A stretch of DNA of 64,000 nt from Gammaproteobacteria bacterium (GCA_965221835.1 OZ244916.1:417772-481771), one strand, 5' to 3'. Shown: positions 38,756-49,230, counted from the stretch's first letter. Translations and numbers: made by a program. Notes: generated from the letters alone by a model not told the origin.

Positions 38756-39697
38756 ATGTTTTCGGCGGCGGCGGCGGCAATGATTTTTTTCGGAATCGCG
38801 AAAGCGAAGTTATATGCCGCGCCTTCGTTGCTGCTTGTTTTGTCTGCGTTGTTTTTCGGCGGCAACACGGTCGCCGGACGGTTGGCTGTCGGACATATTT
38901 CGCCCGAACAACTTGTATCAATGCGTTGGGCGTGCGTGTTGCTGATTTTGACTCCGTTATTGCGCGGACAAATCGCGGTGGCGTGGCGCAAAACGCGTCC
39001 GCGAATGGCGTGGATTTTTATGATGGGCGCAACCGGATTTACATGTTTTAATACGCTTTTTTATTTTGCCGCACATAAAACTTCGGCGATTAATTTGGGA
39101 ATTATCCAAGGCACAATTCCGATTTGGGTATTGGCGGGTGCGTTGATTTTATATCGCACACGAATATTTTTGTTGCAGGCGGCGGGCGTGGCGTTGACGG
39201 TGGCGGGCATTGCGGTGTTGGCATCCCGCGGCGATTTTCGCGCATTATTTTCGGACGGAGTAAATATCGGCGACGCGATGATGTTGGCGGCGTGTTTTGC
39301 CTACGCTTGTTATACGCTTGGATTAAAAAATCGCCCGACAATTGACGGTTTGGCGTTTTTTTATATTCTTGCAATCGCTGCGTTGCTGACTTCGCTGCCG
39401 CTGACGATATACGAAATATGGACGGGTGACGCGCGTTTGCCGACTTTGCGGGGATGGGCGGTGTTGTTGTATGTCGCGTTGTTTCCTTCGCTTTTGTCGC
39501 AAATTTTTTATATTCGTGCGGTGGAATTAATTGGTCCCGGACGGGCGGGTGTGTTTTTGAATTTGGTGCCGGTATTCGCCGCGATATGTGCGGTTTTGCT
39601 CATTAACGAATCTTTACAGTGGTTTCAAATTGTCGCCCTTGCGTTGGTCGTCGCCGGTATTTGGCTTTCCGAAAAAGGCGGACGGCGGGGCGGATAA
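38756..39697 (+). CDS. DMT/EamA family transporter
   Basis: About 10 hydrophobic segments, GPGRAGVFLNLVPVF; start uncertain (38756 or 38780). Confidence 0.88.
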   Translation: MFSAAAAAMIFFGIAKAKLYAAPSLLLVLSALFFGGNTVAGRLAVGHISPEQLVSMRWACVLLILTPLLRGQIAVAWRKTRPRMAWIFMMGATGFTCFNTLFYFAAHKTSAINLGIIQGTIPIWVLAGALILYRTRIFLLQAAGVALTVAGIAVLASRGDFRALFSDGVNIGDAMMLAACFAYACYTLGLKNRPTIDGLAFFYILAIAALLTSLPLTIYEIWTGDARLPTLRGWAVLLYVALFPSLLSQIFYIRAVELIGPGRAGVFLNLVPVFAAICAVLLINESLQWFQIVALALVVAGIWLSEKGGRRGG

Positions 39698-39709
39698 AAA
39701 TTTTGTTTT

Positions 39710-40150
39710 TCGGCAAAAAAAGACGGCGAAGTGCATTTCGTTTTTCGCGCAGAAAAAAATCTCACGAATTTTCAATTGAATTTTATGAAGATTTCCGCTT
39801 TTGATTTTCAATTAAAATTTCATAAAGTTTCTTTCAATTAAAATTTCATAAATTTTCGGAGTTTTATGAATTTTCTTTCAATTAAAATTTTATGGAGATT
39901 TCCGTTTTTCAGCGAAAAAAATAAAGACGAAAAAAAGTGCATTTCGTTTTTTGCGAAGGAAAAAATCTCACGAATTTTCAATTGAAATTTCATGGAGATT
40001 TCCGCCTTTGATTTTTAATTGAAATTTCACAGAGTTTCTTTCAATTAAAATTTTATGGAGATTTCCGCTTTTGAATTTCAATTAAAATTTCATAAAGTTT
40101 CGGAATTTCATGGAGTTTCTTTCAATTAAAATTTTATGGAGATTTCCGTC
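39710..40150. repeat. AT-rich degenerate repeat region (core TTTCAATTAAAATTT(T/C)AT) between convergent genes
   Basis: About 9 copies plus a duplicated block of about 90 bp (39719 vs 39923); last copy overlaps the murU stop. Confidence 0.85.
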
Positions 40151-40838
40151 TTTGCGGAAATGGAGTTGCGGCGAACTCTGTGCGGGCGGCGGTGAGGGCG
40201 GCGGGGGTGCCGATGTCGTGCCAGATTCCGTTGTGCGTTGCGCCGCTTGCAGTTTGGTTTTTAATTTCCGTTTGCAACAACGGCAAAAGTTTTGCGCATT
40301 CGCCGGCGACGAGGGCGGCGAACATTTGCGGACGATAAATGCCCGTTCCCGTATAAGTCAGCGCGTTCGCGTTCGGCGGCAACAAAAGCCCGTTTTGCGA
40401 TAACGAAAAATCCCCGCGCGGATTCGTCGCCGGATTTTTTGTCAACAACAAATGGCAATTCATTTTGTCGCCAATTGTGAAATTTGCATAGTTTATATCG
40501 CAAATAATATCGGCGTTGACTGCCAAAAATGGTTCGTCCGGCGGCAACAATCCGCGCGCCATTGCAAGGCGAATTCCGCCCGCTGTTTCCAACGCCGGGG
40601 ATTCGGGCGAATAGCGAACGCGGACTCCGAAATCGCCGCCGTCTCCGATTGCCGCATGAATTTGTCCGCCCAAATGCGCGATATTGATGGCAATATCGCA
40701 AATCCCGCATTCCGCAAAACGCCGCAAATGACGCGCCAACAAACTTTCGCCGCCTATTTGTGTCAACGCTTTCGGTGTTGAATCGGTTAGCGGACGCAAA
40801 CGTTCTCCGCGTCCGGCGGCAAGTAAAATCGCGCGCAT
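40134..40838 (-). CDS. murU: N-acetylmuramate alpha-1-phosphate uridylyltransferase
   Basis: MRAILLAAGRGERLRPLTDSTPK, LETAGGI, WHDIGTP; downstream of amgK. Confidence 0.9.
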   Translation of the reverse strand: MRAILLAAGRGERLRPLTDSTPKALTQIGGESLLARHLRRFAECGICDIAINIAHLGGQIHAAIGDGGDFGVRVRYSPESPALETAGGIRLAMARGLLPPDEPFLAVNADIICDINYANFTIGDKMNCHLLLTKNPATNPRGDFSLSQNGLLLPPNANALTYTGTGIYRPQMFAALVAGECAKLLPLLQTEIKNQTASGATHNGIWHDIGTPAALTAARTEFAATPFPQRRKSP

Positions 40839-41851
40839 TATTTCGGCGGTGCGGCGCGTACTATCGCCGCCAATTCTTGCAATTCGGGCAAGGCATCGCA
40901 CGCCGCAAGTAAATGAAAATATGCCTTCGGCAAATCCCGCAAATAACCGCTTTTGCCATCGCGATAATGCAGACGCGAAAAAATGCCGACAACTTTTAAG
41001 CCGCGTTGCGCGCCGACAATATTCATATCCCGCGCCAAATCTTTTGCGGTGCGCGGTGCGGCACCCGATTTTTCGGCGGCGGTGCGGTATTCTTCGCACC
41101 ATTTTTTTTGTTGCGGTGCGTCCCAAAAAATATATGCATCTCGCAACAAAGATACGAGGTCGTACGCCGCCGGTCCGACAACTGCATCTTGAAAATCTAA
41201 AATGCCCGGCGACGATTCGCCGATGTACATTAAATTGCGCGAATGATAATCGCGGTGTACAAAAACGCGCGGCTGATTTTTCCATTCCCGTACCAAAAAC
41301 GCCGCCGCACGGTCAAATATTTTTTGTTCCGCCGCCGAAAATGGTTTATGGTGCGCGCGGTACCATTCCGGATATAACGCGATTTCGCGCATTAATAAGT
41401 TATCGTCATATTCCGGCAAATCGGGCGGCGGCGACAATTTTTGCATCGCAACCAAAGCGCGCAATGCGGCGGAATATAAATCATCCGCCGCCGGATTTTC
41501 GTCCGCCGCCGGATTCGCATCCGCCGCCGGTTGCGACAAAAGCGAAAGATAATCCCGATTGCCGAAATCTTCCAGCGCGATTAAACCGCGCGCGGAATCT
41601 GCTGCAATCAAATGCGGCGTGCGTATGTTGTGCGATTCTAAAAACGCGCGCAACATCAGAAACTGCGCGGGTTTTTCGTTTTGCGGCGAATGCATAACGA
41701 TGCAACGGCGGTCGCCGCACTGCGCGCGAAAATATCGCCGCGCGCTGGCGTCTCCTGCAATCGGCGCGATAGTTGCGTTGCCGAATATTTTTTTAATCCA
41801 CAAAACGATGTCGTCCGGCGGCGAGGGTGTTAAAATAGATTTTTCGTACAT
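40838..41851 (-). CDS. amgK: Anomeric MurNAc/GlcNAc kinase
   Basis: GDASARRYFR, VHRDYHSRNLM, LDFQDA, YDLVSLLRD, QRGLKVVGIFSRLHYRDGK. Confidence 0.9.
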   Translation of the reverse strand: MYEKSILTPSPPDDIVLWIKKIFGNATIAPIAGDASARRYFRAQCGDRRCIVMHSPQNEKPAQFLMLRAFLESHNIRTPHLIAADSARGLIALEDFGNRDYLSLLSQPAADANPAADENPAADDLYSAALRALVAMQKLSPPPDLPEYDDNLLMREIALYPEWYRAHHKPFSAAEQKIFDRAAAFLVREWKNQPRVFVHRDYHSRNLMYIGESSPGILDFQDAVVGPAAYDLVSLLRDAYIFWDAPQQKKWCEEYRTAAEKSGAAPRTAKDLARDMNIVGAQRGLKVVGIFSRLHYRDGKSGYLRDLPKAYFHLLAACDALPELQELAAIVRAAPPK

Positions 41852-41869
41852 TTTTATAAAGAAATCAGT

Positions 41870-43972
41870 TTGTCCAAATTGAATTGTATCCGATTGGTTG
41901 CGTTGTCGTGTGCGTGCGGCGCGGCTTATGGCGCGGAACCGGGCGCGGACGGCGTGCAAGTGGAAGCGAATGAAATGCGCACAGATGCGGGCGGGGCGGT
42001 GCGTGCCGAAGGAAATGTGCGCGCTTGTTTTGACGGACATGTGTTGCATTCGGATATTTTGGAATATGACCGCCGCGCCGAATTGTTGCGCGTGCCGAAC
42101 GATTTTTCTTTGCAATCGGCGGACGGACAATACGAAGTGGACGGCAACGGATTGCGTTACGATTTGCGCGCGCAAACCGGCGAAGTGCAAAACGCCCGCG
42201 TAGCGGTCAACGACGAGTTGCGCGCATCGGGAGAAACATTGCATTTGCAAGACGGGCGTTTTCGCGTTGAACGGGTTGAAATGACGAGTTGCAAAGGCGA
42301 GACGCCGGATTGGGCTTTGTATGCCGATTCTATTGCGCAAGAAGAAAAAGATTTGCTGGTCGTGCGCGATGTGGTGTTGCGAGTTGCAGATTTGCCGGTG
42401 ATGTATTTTCCGGTTTATTACGCCCGCACCGGCAATCGTCAAAAACAAAGCGGATTTTTGGTGCCGGAATTTAAATACAATTCGGACGAAGGCGGCAACT
42501 TTCGGCAGCCGTATTATTTATTTTTGGCGGACAACTACGACGCAACTTTTACGCCCGAATGGTATCGCGAACACGGTTTTTTGTTTAACGGCGAATTTCG
42601 TTATTTGACCGCCGCCCATCGCGGGCGGATAGATGTCGGCTGGGCGCCCGGCGGCGAATCGCGGGGGCGGCAACAATGGACGCACGAATGGCAAATCGCC
42701 GGCGGGCGTATTGAAATAGATGCCGAAGATGTTTCGGATGATCGCTATTTCGGCGATTTTTCGGATGACAACGAAGTGCTGGCGAAACGGAATTTGCCCC
42801 GCAAAATCGCTGTTGAATATGCGCGCGGCGAATGGCAATTCGCGGGAAGATTTGAATCTTTTAAGACCATTAATTACACCGGTGCGCCGCCGCACGATTT
42901 GTTGCCGCAGGCGAATGCGCGATGGCGCGGACAGAAAGGCGCGTTTTTTTGGGATTCCGATTGGGAGTTTTCGCGTTTTGCGGCGAATGACCCGGCGCAG
43001 TTTGAGGGCGACCGCTGGTTGTGGCGCACGGCAATTTCGCGGCGGCAGGATGTCGGCGGCGTAGCGGTGTATCCCGAAATCGGATTTCATGCGGCGCGTT
43101 ATTCCGGAAAACGCGGCAATTTTTTGGACGCACACGGCGCATTTCGGGAAATTAACGGAGACGCGCGATTTATTACGCCGTATTTTCTCGTACGCGGCGA
43201 ATCGGGCGACCGCCCGCTGCCTGCCGAAAACTGGACTTATCAGTTGCGCGCGGTTTACGCTTACGCCCCCGACCGCAAACAAGACAACGCGCCGGTATTT
43301 GACACCGTATTGCGGGAATTTACGACCGGCGGCATCTACGATTGGAATCGTTTTAGCGGCGGAGATCGCGCTGCCGATGCGAATGTGGCGGCGTACGGCG
43401 CGGATTTTCGCTGGCGCAATCCGCAAACGCACGCGCCGGGATTGGATTTGGAAATCGCGCAACGATATTATTTGCGCCGTCCGCGAGTCGTTTTGCCGGA
43501 CGAAGATGACCCGCCGGAAAGCGGTTTTGCAAATTTGTTCGCGGCGTTGCGAGTGCATCTTAATCCGCGGTGGAAAATGGAAGGGGATGTTGAATGGAAT
43601 CCGGCGGCGAAATCGTTTGAACGCGTTTATGCCGATTTGCGCGCCGATTTCGGCGGCGGTTATTTGTTGCGCATCGGCGGATTGCGGGAAGACGGCGAAA
43701 GTATTGTGGCGGGCGGCGCGCTGCCCCTCGGCAAACGCGCCGAATTTGCGATGTTGACGCGCTATTTGTTGGACGATGACGAGTTTTCTAAATCGGATTT
43801 TTCGCTGGTATTTCGCGGCGAATGCGGTTGCTGGAGTGTGTTTTTGCGGGCGGGAAATTTGATTACCTCCGAATCGGGCACCAAAACTTCGTATTCGGTC
43901 GGCTTTGAATTTAAAGGATTGGGACGCGCCGGCAACAATCAATATCGGAAAATTCTTTCCGATTTAAGGTAA
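41870..43972 (+). CDS. lptD: LPS-assembly protein LptD
   Basis: Signal peptide, TSC...PDW, KQSGFL-x-P, PYY-x4-NYDATFTP, NRFSGGDR, CGCW, C-terminal FEFKGLG; divergent from amgK. Confidence 0.88.
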   Translation: MSKLNCIRLVALSCACGAAYGAEPGADGVQVEANEMRTDAGGAVRAEGNVRACFDGHVLHSDILEYDRRAELLRVPNDFSLQSADGQYEVDGNGLRYDLRAQTGEVQNARVAVNDELRASGETLHLQDGRFRVERVEMTSCKGETPDWALYADSIAQEEKDLLVVRDVVLRVADLPVMYFPVYYARTGNRQKQSGFLVPEFKYNSDEGGNFRQPYYLFLADNYDATFTPEWYREHGFLFNGEFRYLTAAHRGRIDVGWAPGGESRGRQQWTHEWQIAGGRIEIDAEDVSDDRYFGDFSDDNEVLAKRNLPRKIAVEYARGEWQFAGRFESFKTINYTGAPPHDLLPQANARWRGQKGAFFWDSDWEFSRFAANDPAQFEGDRWLWRTAISRRQDVGGVAVYPEIGFHAARYSGKRGNFLDAHGAFREINGDARFITPYFLVRGESGDRPLPAENWTYQLRAVYAYAPDRKQDNAPVFDTVLREFTTGGIYDWNRFSGGDRAADANVAAYGADFRWRNPQTHAPGLDLEIAQRYYLRRPRVVLPDEDDPPESGFANLFAALRVHLNPRWKMEGDVEWNPAAKSFERVYADLRADFGGGYLLRIGGLREDGESIVAGGALPLGKRAEFAMLTRYLLDDDEFSKSDFSLVFRGECGCWSVFLRAGNLITSESGTKTSYSVGFEFKGLGRAGNNQYRKILSDLR

Positions 43973-43982
43973 ATTAATCGCA

Positions 43983-44654
43983 ATGACGCAAGATTTTTTT
44001 GACCGGGGCGAATGGTGGCGCAAAGACGGCGCGTTTCGTTTGTTGCACGATATCAATCCGTTGCGGTTGCGGCTGATGCAAGAGGCGACGGGCGGCGTTG
44101 CCGGTAAACGGCTGCTGGATTTGGGTTGCGGCGGCGGTATTTTTGCCGAAGCGGCGGCACGGGCGGGCGCGAAAGTCACCGGTTGCGACATTTCGCCCGC
44201 CGCAATTGAAATCGCGAAAACGCATGCGGCGGAAAATCATATTGCCGTTTGCTATCGTGCGGGCGGGGCGGATTTGTCCGAATCCGGGCAATACGATGCG
44301 GTGTCGTGTTTGGAAATGTTGGAACACGCCGATGATCCGGCGGGCGCGGTTGCAGATGCGGCGGCAATGCTGAAACCCGGCGGAATCGCGCTTTTTTCCA
44401 CGATAAATCGCACGCCGCGCGCTTTTGCGATGATTGTGGTCGGGCTGGAATGTGTCTTGAAAATTCTCCCGCACGGCACGCACGATTACAAAAAATTCAT
44501 TACTCCGCGCGAGTTGGCGGAAATGTGCGGGGCGTGCGGTTTGTCGGTGCGGCGCGTTTGCGGAATGCATTATTCATTTTTCGGGCGGCGTTATTTTTTG
44601 CGCGAAAACGATACGGCGGTCAATTATTTTCTCGCGGCGCAAAGGCGGATATGA
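43983..44654 (+). CDS. ubiG: Ubiquinone biosynthesis O-methyltransferase
   Basis: WW-x2-DG-x-F-x-LLHDINPLR, LDLGCGGG, CLEMLEH, STINRT, LPHGTHDYKKFITP. Confidence 0.93.
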   Translation: MTQDFFDRGEWWRKDGAFRLLHDINPLRLRLMQEATGGVAGKRLLDLGCGGGIFAEAAARAGAKVTGCDISPAAIEIAKTHAAENHIAVCYRAGGADLSESGQYDAVSCLEMLEHADDPAGAVADAAAMLKPGGIALFSTINRTPRAFAMIVVGLECVLKILPHGTHDYKKFITPRELAEMCGACGLSVRRVCGMHYSFFGRRYFLRENDTAVNYFLAAQRRI

Positions 44655-45361
44655 AATCGCGCGCCGTTTTGTGGGATTTTGACGGTACGCTTGCGCATAC
44701 CGCGCCCGATATGGTGGCGGCTTTGCATCAATGGCAGGCGGTGCGCAACCAAAAACCGGTGGATTATGAAATCGCCCGCATGTGCGTTTCAGGCGGTGCG
44801 CGCGCGCTTTTGCGGGCGGCGGGAATGGAAGAATCCGACCCGATGTACGACGGTGCGCGCGAAGATTTTCTCGCACGATACGAGGCGGGCGGTTATCGGC
44901 GGACGGTTTTATTTTCCGGCGCAACAGAAACGCTGCGCATATTAAATCGCGAAGGATGGAAATGGGGCGTGGTGACCAACAAACCGCGCCGTTATTTCGC
45001 GCCTATTGCGTCCGTTTTGGGAATGGAAACGAATCCGGAAATTGATTTGCCGGCAAACGCCCCGCCGAAAGCGGCGGTACTTGTCGCCGGCGATGATCAT
45101 GCGCAATCCAAACCGTCGCCGGCGCCGCTATTACTCGCTGCGCAAGTGGCGGAAGTGCCGCCGAATCAATGCATTTATATCGGCGATGACCGGCGCGATG
45201 CCGAAGCCGCACACGCTGCGGAAATGCCGTTTATTCTGGCGGGATGGGGATATTGGGCGGCGGCGGATTGGAAAAATGCGCCCGCCGCCGCCGCAATCGC
45301 CTCTTCGCCGTCTTGCATTGTTCCGTTAGCGCGAATGCTGGCGGCGGATTTTGTATCTTAA
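44651..45361 (+). CDS. gph: HAD hydrolase (phosphoglycolate phosphatase/MupP-like)
   Basis: DFDGTL, VVTNKP, KPSP, YIGDDRRD, WGY; follows ubiG. Confidence 0.8.
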   Translation: MKSRAVLWDFDGTLAHTAPDMVAALHQWQAVRNQKPVDYEIARMCVSGGARALLRAAGMEESDPMYDGAREDFLARYEAGGYRRTVLFSGATETLRILNREGWKWGVVTNKPRRYFAPIASVLGMETNPEIDLPANAPPKAAVLVAGDDHAQSKPSPAPLLLAAQVAEVPPNQCIYIGDDRRDAEAAHAAEMPFILAGWGYWAAADWKNAPAAAAIASSPSCIVPLARMLAADFVS

Positions 45362-45812
45362 AATTTTGCGCGATTTGCGATTTGCGAAATTTTCGCGATT
45401 TTCGTAATTTGCCAGATTTACGCGATTTTCTAAATGTGCGCAATTTACGCAATTCGCCCGATTTTCGCGATTTTCTAAATGTGCGCGATTTTCGCAATTC
45501 GCCCGATTTTCGCAATTTACACAATTTTCGCAATGTGCGGGATTCGCCCGATTTATGCCGCCGATTCTGGCAATTTTTTTATGGTTATTTTTCGCAGTTT
45601 TCGCAATTTGCAGATTTACGCTATTTTCTCAATGTGCCAAATTTTCGTAATTTTCTAAATGTGCGCGATTTTCGCAATTTGCCCGATTTACGCAATTTTC
45701 GCGATTCGCCCGATTTTATAAATGTGCGCAATTTTCGTAATTTTCGCGATTTTCTAAATGTGCCCGATTTTCGCAATTTACACCGCCGCCGATTCCGGCA
45801 ATTTTTTTATGA
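45362..45812. repeat. Degenerate 9-bp-period tandem repeat (consensus approximately RATTTWCGC)
   Basis: Translates as DFR/NLP/DLR/DFL/NVR/NSP triplets over about 450 bp between convergent gph and proC. Confidence 0.85.
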
Positions 45813-46619
45813 TTATTTTTCGGGGGTGTTTAGTTGTGCGGCGATTTCTTTTACGCGATTGTCGGCGGCGCGCATGGCGGCGCGGACGATTTGCGGATAT
45901 TTTTGCGATTCCATTTTCAATATCGCCTGTTCGGTTGCGCCGCCTTTAACCGCTACGGCACGGCGCAAACGGGCGGGCGATTCTTGTTGCAAACATAACA
46001 TTTTTCCGCCGCCGCGCAATGTTTGCGATACAAGAATTCGGGCTTGTGCGGGCGAAAATCCCGCCGAATGCGCTTCCGCTTCCATCGCTTCGGCGAGATA
46101 ATAGAGATATGCCGGTCCGCAACCGGAAATTGCCGTGGCGGCTTGCAACATTGATTCGTTTTGCACCCACAGCACTTCGCCCGCTGCCGAAAATAACGGA
46201 TTAATTTTTTCGCGGATTGTGTCGGCGGCGGCGGTGTAGCACACCGTCATTCCGGCGCAAACGGCGAGGGGCGTATTGGGCATCGCGCGAATTAGATAGC
46301 GCGGCGAAAACGGCAGCGATTGCGCAACGGCGGACAAGGAAATACCGGCGGCGACGCTGACGACAATCGCGTTTTGCGGCGCGATTGTTTGACAAGCGGC
46401 GCGAATGTCGGCGGGTTTGACCGATAAAATTAGTATGTCCGCATCGTCCGGCAACTCGGCGGGGGCGGCGACAGCATTGACCGAAAAGTTGTTTTGCAGG
46501 GCGCGGCGTTTTTCTGCGTTGCGGTCGGCAACTGCGATTTCTTCGGCGCGATTTGCGGCGCGCATTCCGGCGATAATTGCCGCTGTCATGTGTCCGCCGC
46601 CGACAAAAGCGATTTTCAT
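45813..46619 (-). CDS. proC: Pyrroline-5-carboxylate reductase
   Basis: FVGGGHM, LSVKP, SVAAG, RAMPNTP, TAISGCGPAY, GGAT. Confidence 0.93.
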   Translation of the reverse strand: MKIAFVGGGHMTAAIIAGMRAANRAEEIAVADRNAEKRRALQNNFSVNAVAAPAELPDDADILILSVKPADIRAACQTIAPQNAIVVSVAAGISLSAVAQSLPFSPRYLIRAMPNTPLAVCAGMTVCYTAAADTIREKINPLFSAAGEVLWVQNESMLQAATAISGCGPAYLYYLAEAMEAEAHSAGFSPAQARILVSQTLRGGGKMLCLQQESPARLRRAVAVKGGATEQAILKMESQKYPQIVRAAMRAADNRVKEIAAQLNTPEK

Positions 46620-47296
46620 CGCGCGCCAAAAATCGCCCTGCCGATGCGGATGTGAGTCGCGCCTTCGGCAATTGCGTCTGCAAAATCGTCACTCATTCCC
46701 ATAGAAAGCGAATCTAACGGCGCGCCGCATTTTTGTTGAATATCATCGCGCAACATCGCCATCGCTTTGTAGGGCGCCCGCCGGTCTTTGTCGCGCGGAC
46801 GGGGAATCGCCATCAGCCCGCGCAAATGCAATTCGGGAAGGCGGAGCGCTTCTCGCGCCAGCGCGGGCACTTCTTCGGGCATCGCGCCGCTTTTGGATTT
46901 TTCGCGGTCAATGTTTACTTGCAGGCAAATTTGCAGCGGCGGCATGCCTTTTCTGAACGCCGCCAGCCGCCGCATCAGCGCGCCGTTATCCACCGTATGC
47001 ACCCAATGAAAATGATGCGCGGCGTCTCGCGCTTTGTTTTTTTGCAGTCGCCCGATAAAATGAAATATAATCGGCAAATCAGATAAATGCGGAATTTTGT
47101 TGACACTTTCTTGAATATAGTTTTCGGCAATGTTATGTACGCCGGCGGCGACTGCGGCGCGGATTTTTTCTGCCGCAAAAGTTTTGCCGACAGCGATAAG
47201 CGTAACGGAGTCGGGAGTCCGTCCGGCGGCTTGACAGGCGAGGCGAATTTTGGTTTGCAGCGATGCGATATTGCGGGCGACTTCCGAATCGGGCAT
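46616..47296 (-). CDS. yggS: PLP homeostasis protein YggS
   Basis: LIAVGKT, ENYIQE, HFIGRLQKNK, GLMAIP, LSMGMSDD, RIGRAIFGAR. Confidence 0.95.
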   Translation of the reverse strand: MPDSEVARNIASLQTKIRLACQAAGRTPDSVTLIAVGKTFAAEKIRAAVAAGVHNIAENYIQESVNKIPHLSDLPIIFHFIGRLQKNKARDAAHHFHWVHTVDNGALMRRLAAFRKGMPPLQICLQVNIDREKSKSGAMPEEVPALAREALRLPELHLRGLMAIPRPRDKDRRAPYKAMAMLRDDIQQKCGAPLDSLSMGMSDDFADAIAEGATHIRIGRAIFGAR

Positions 47297-47382
47297 TCTT
47301 TTATTATAATGGCAAAAGAGGGGATTCGTTTGATGGCAAACGGACGCTTTTTGTTTCATACCAAAAAAAAGGAAAACTACCA

Positions 47383-48444
47383 ATGAGTGAGAGCAAAGTA
47401 CCGACAATAGTAGAGTTGCTGGATTTTACCGCCGAAAATGATGTTTCGGATTTGCATATATCCAGCGGATTGCCGCCGATGGTGCGCATTAGCGGCGACA
47501 TTGAAAAATTGGACTCGCCGGCGTTGTCCGCCGAAGATGTGATGAAAATGGTGGAGGATATTACCGCCGAAATGCCGCAATATTTTGAGCAATTCAAAGA
47601 AACCGGCGATTCGGATTTGTCATATCAGCACGGCACAAAGGCGCGTTTTCGTGTCAATCTTTTCAAACAAACGCGCGGACCGGGCATTATTTGCCGGACA
47701 ATTCCCACGCGGATTCTCAGTTTGGCAGAATTGAAAGCGCCCGAAAGTTTTAAGACGATTTCCAATCAGCCGCGCGGTATTGTGCTGGTTACCGGTCCCA
47801 CCGGTTCGGGTAAATCCACGACTCTGGCGGCGATGATCAACGAAATTAATCTGACGAAAAAAGAACATATTCTGACGGTTGAAGATCCGGTGGAGTTTGT
47901 GCATCAGCCCAAAGAATCGCTAATTAACCAGCGTGAAGTCGGTGCGCACACCAGAAGTTTCGCCTCCGCATTGCGCGGTGCGTTGCGCGAAGATCCGGAC
48001 ATTATTCTTGTCGGTGAGATGCGCGACCCGGAAACCATCGGTTTGGCATTGACGGCGGCGGAAACTGGACACCTTGTTTTCGGCACGCTGCATACGAGTT
48101 CTGCGGCGAAAACCGTCGACCGCGTTGTGGATGTTTTTCCGGCGGCGGAAAAGGAGATGATTCGCGCGATGTTGTCCGAAAGTTTGCGCGCCGTCATTTC
48201 GCAGACGCTGCTCAAAAAAGTGGGCGGCGGACGAGTCGCGGCGCACGAAATTATGATTGCAACGCCGCCGATACGAAATCTTATCCGCGAAAATAAAATC
48301 CCGCAAATGTATTCCGCCATCCAAACCGGAATGCAATCCGGGATGCAGACCCTTGACCAGTGCCTCAAAAATCTTTTGGAAACAAATACAATTACCAAAG
48401 AAGAGGCGATGCGCGTGGCGGTGAAAAAGGACGATTTCAAATAA
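47383..48444 (+). CDS. pilT: Type IV pilus retraction ATPase
   Basis: SDLHIS, TGPTGSGKST, EDPVE, LREDPDIILVGEMRD, AAETGHLVFGTLHT, PIRNLIRE; divergent from yggS. Confidence 0.95.
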   Translation: MSESKVPTIVELLDFTAENDVSDLHISSGLPPMVRISGDIEKLDSPALSAEDVMKMVEDITAEMPQYFEQFKETGDSDLSYQHGTKARFRVNLFKQTRGPGIICRTIPTRILSLAELKAPESFKTISNQPRGIVLVTGPTGSGKSTTLAAMINEINLTKKEHILTVEDPVEFVHQPKESLINQREVGAHTRSFASALRGALREDPDIILVGEMRDPETIGLALTAAETGHLVFGTLHTSSAAKTVDRVVDVFPAAEKEMIRAMLSESLRAVISQTLLKKVGGGRVAAHEIMIATPPIRNLIRENKIPQMYSAIQTGMQSGMQTLDQCLKNLLETNTITKEEAMRVAVKKDDFK

Positions 48445-48465
48445 AAATCGCCGCCGCGCCGGTTT

Positions 48466-49230
48466 TTACGGGGCGGGAAGTTGCAGCCATTTTGCGAGAC
48501 GCGCGTTCCGGTCGGAACCGTGTCGCTGGTCGGTTATCGTAATTTTTTTTTCGTCACAAACCCGCGCGAGGGCGCGGCGTATGGACGATTCGGCATTGTT
48601 GTTTTCGCTGATGTGTGCGGCGACGACATGCCGCAAAAGGGGACTTTCAACCGATTTTACAAGTGCCGCCGCCGCGCCGTTTTCCAAATGTCCGTATTTT
48701 CCGCGAATGCGTTCTTTGATGCGTGCGGGATATCGCCGGTTGGCAGCGAGAATTTTCGCATCGTAATTGCATTCCACGACCAGCGCCTCCAAATTTTGGC
48801 AGGCATTTCGCACCGCGCTGGTAATATGTCCGAGATCGGTGAAAATTCCCAGACGCCCGTTAAATACGAATTGCACCGGTTCTTCGGCATCGTGCGGGAC
48901 GGTAATCGGAAAAATATCCATATCGCCGATGTGAAACGGCGTGCCGGATTTAATAGTTTGCGCGCCGTTAAAATTTAACGCCCGGGCGGTGCCCGCGGTC
49001 ATGTATATCGCGATTCCGTCCGCCGCCAGCGATTCGACCGCCGCGCTGTGATCGCGGTGTTCGTGTCCGATTAAGACGGCATCAATTTCGCGCGGGTTGA
49101 CAAAATAACGCCCGAGTCGGCGGCGTAATTCGGACGGCGAAAAACCGCATTCCACCAGCAAAGTGGTCGCACGATGCTCCACAAGAAAGGCGTTGCCGCG
49201 CGATCCGCTCCCCAGACAGCAGAAACGCAC
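48466..49230 (-). CDS. MBL-fold metallo-hydrolase (YycJ/WalJ-like)
   Basis: LGSGSRGN, HEHRDH, VPHDA, TDLG, ECNYD, GHLEN, HISENNN. Confidence 0.88.
   Translation of the reverse strand: MRFCCLGSGSRGNAFLVEHRATTLLVECGFSPSELRRRLGRYFVNPREIDAVLIGHEHRDHSAAVESLAADGIAIYMTAGTARALNFNGAQTIKSGTPFHIGDMDIFPITVPHDAEEPVQFVFNGRLGIFTDLGHITSAVRNACQNLEALVVECNYDAKILAANRRYPARIKERIRGKYGHLENGAAAALVKSVESPLLRHVVAAHISENNNAESSIRRALARVCDEKKITITDQRHGSDRNARLAKWLQLPAP

Noticed and set aside
40838-43942. Long overlapping or antisense ORFs (536-aa extension of amgK, 474-aa antisense to lptD, and similar ones elsewhere)
   Set aside because: Shadow frames of GC-rich coding DNA; amgK homology begins near ATG 41851.
45244-46101. 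285-aa repeat protein ORF
   Set aside because: Overlaps gph and runs antisense into proC; openness is explained by a 9-bp repeat lacking stops.
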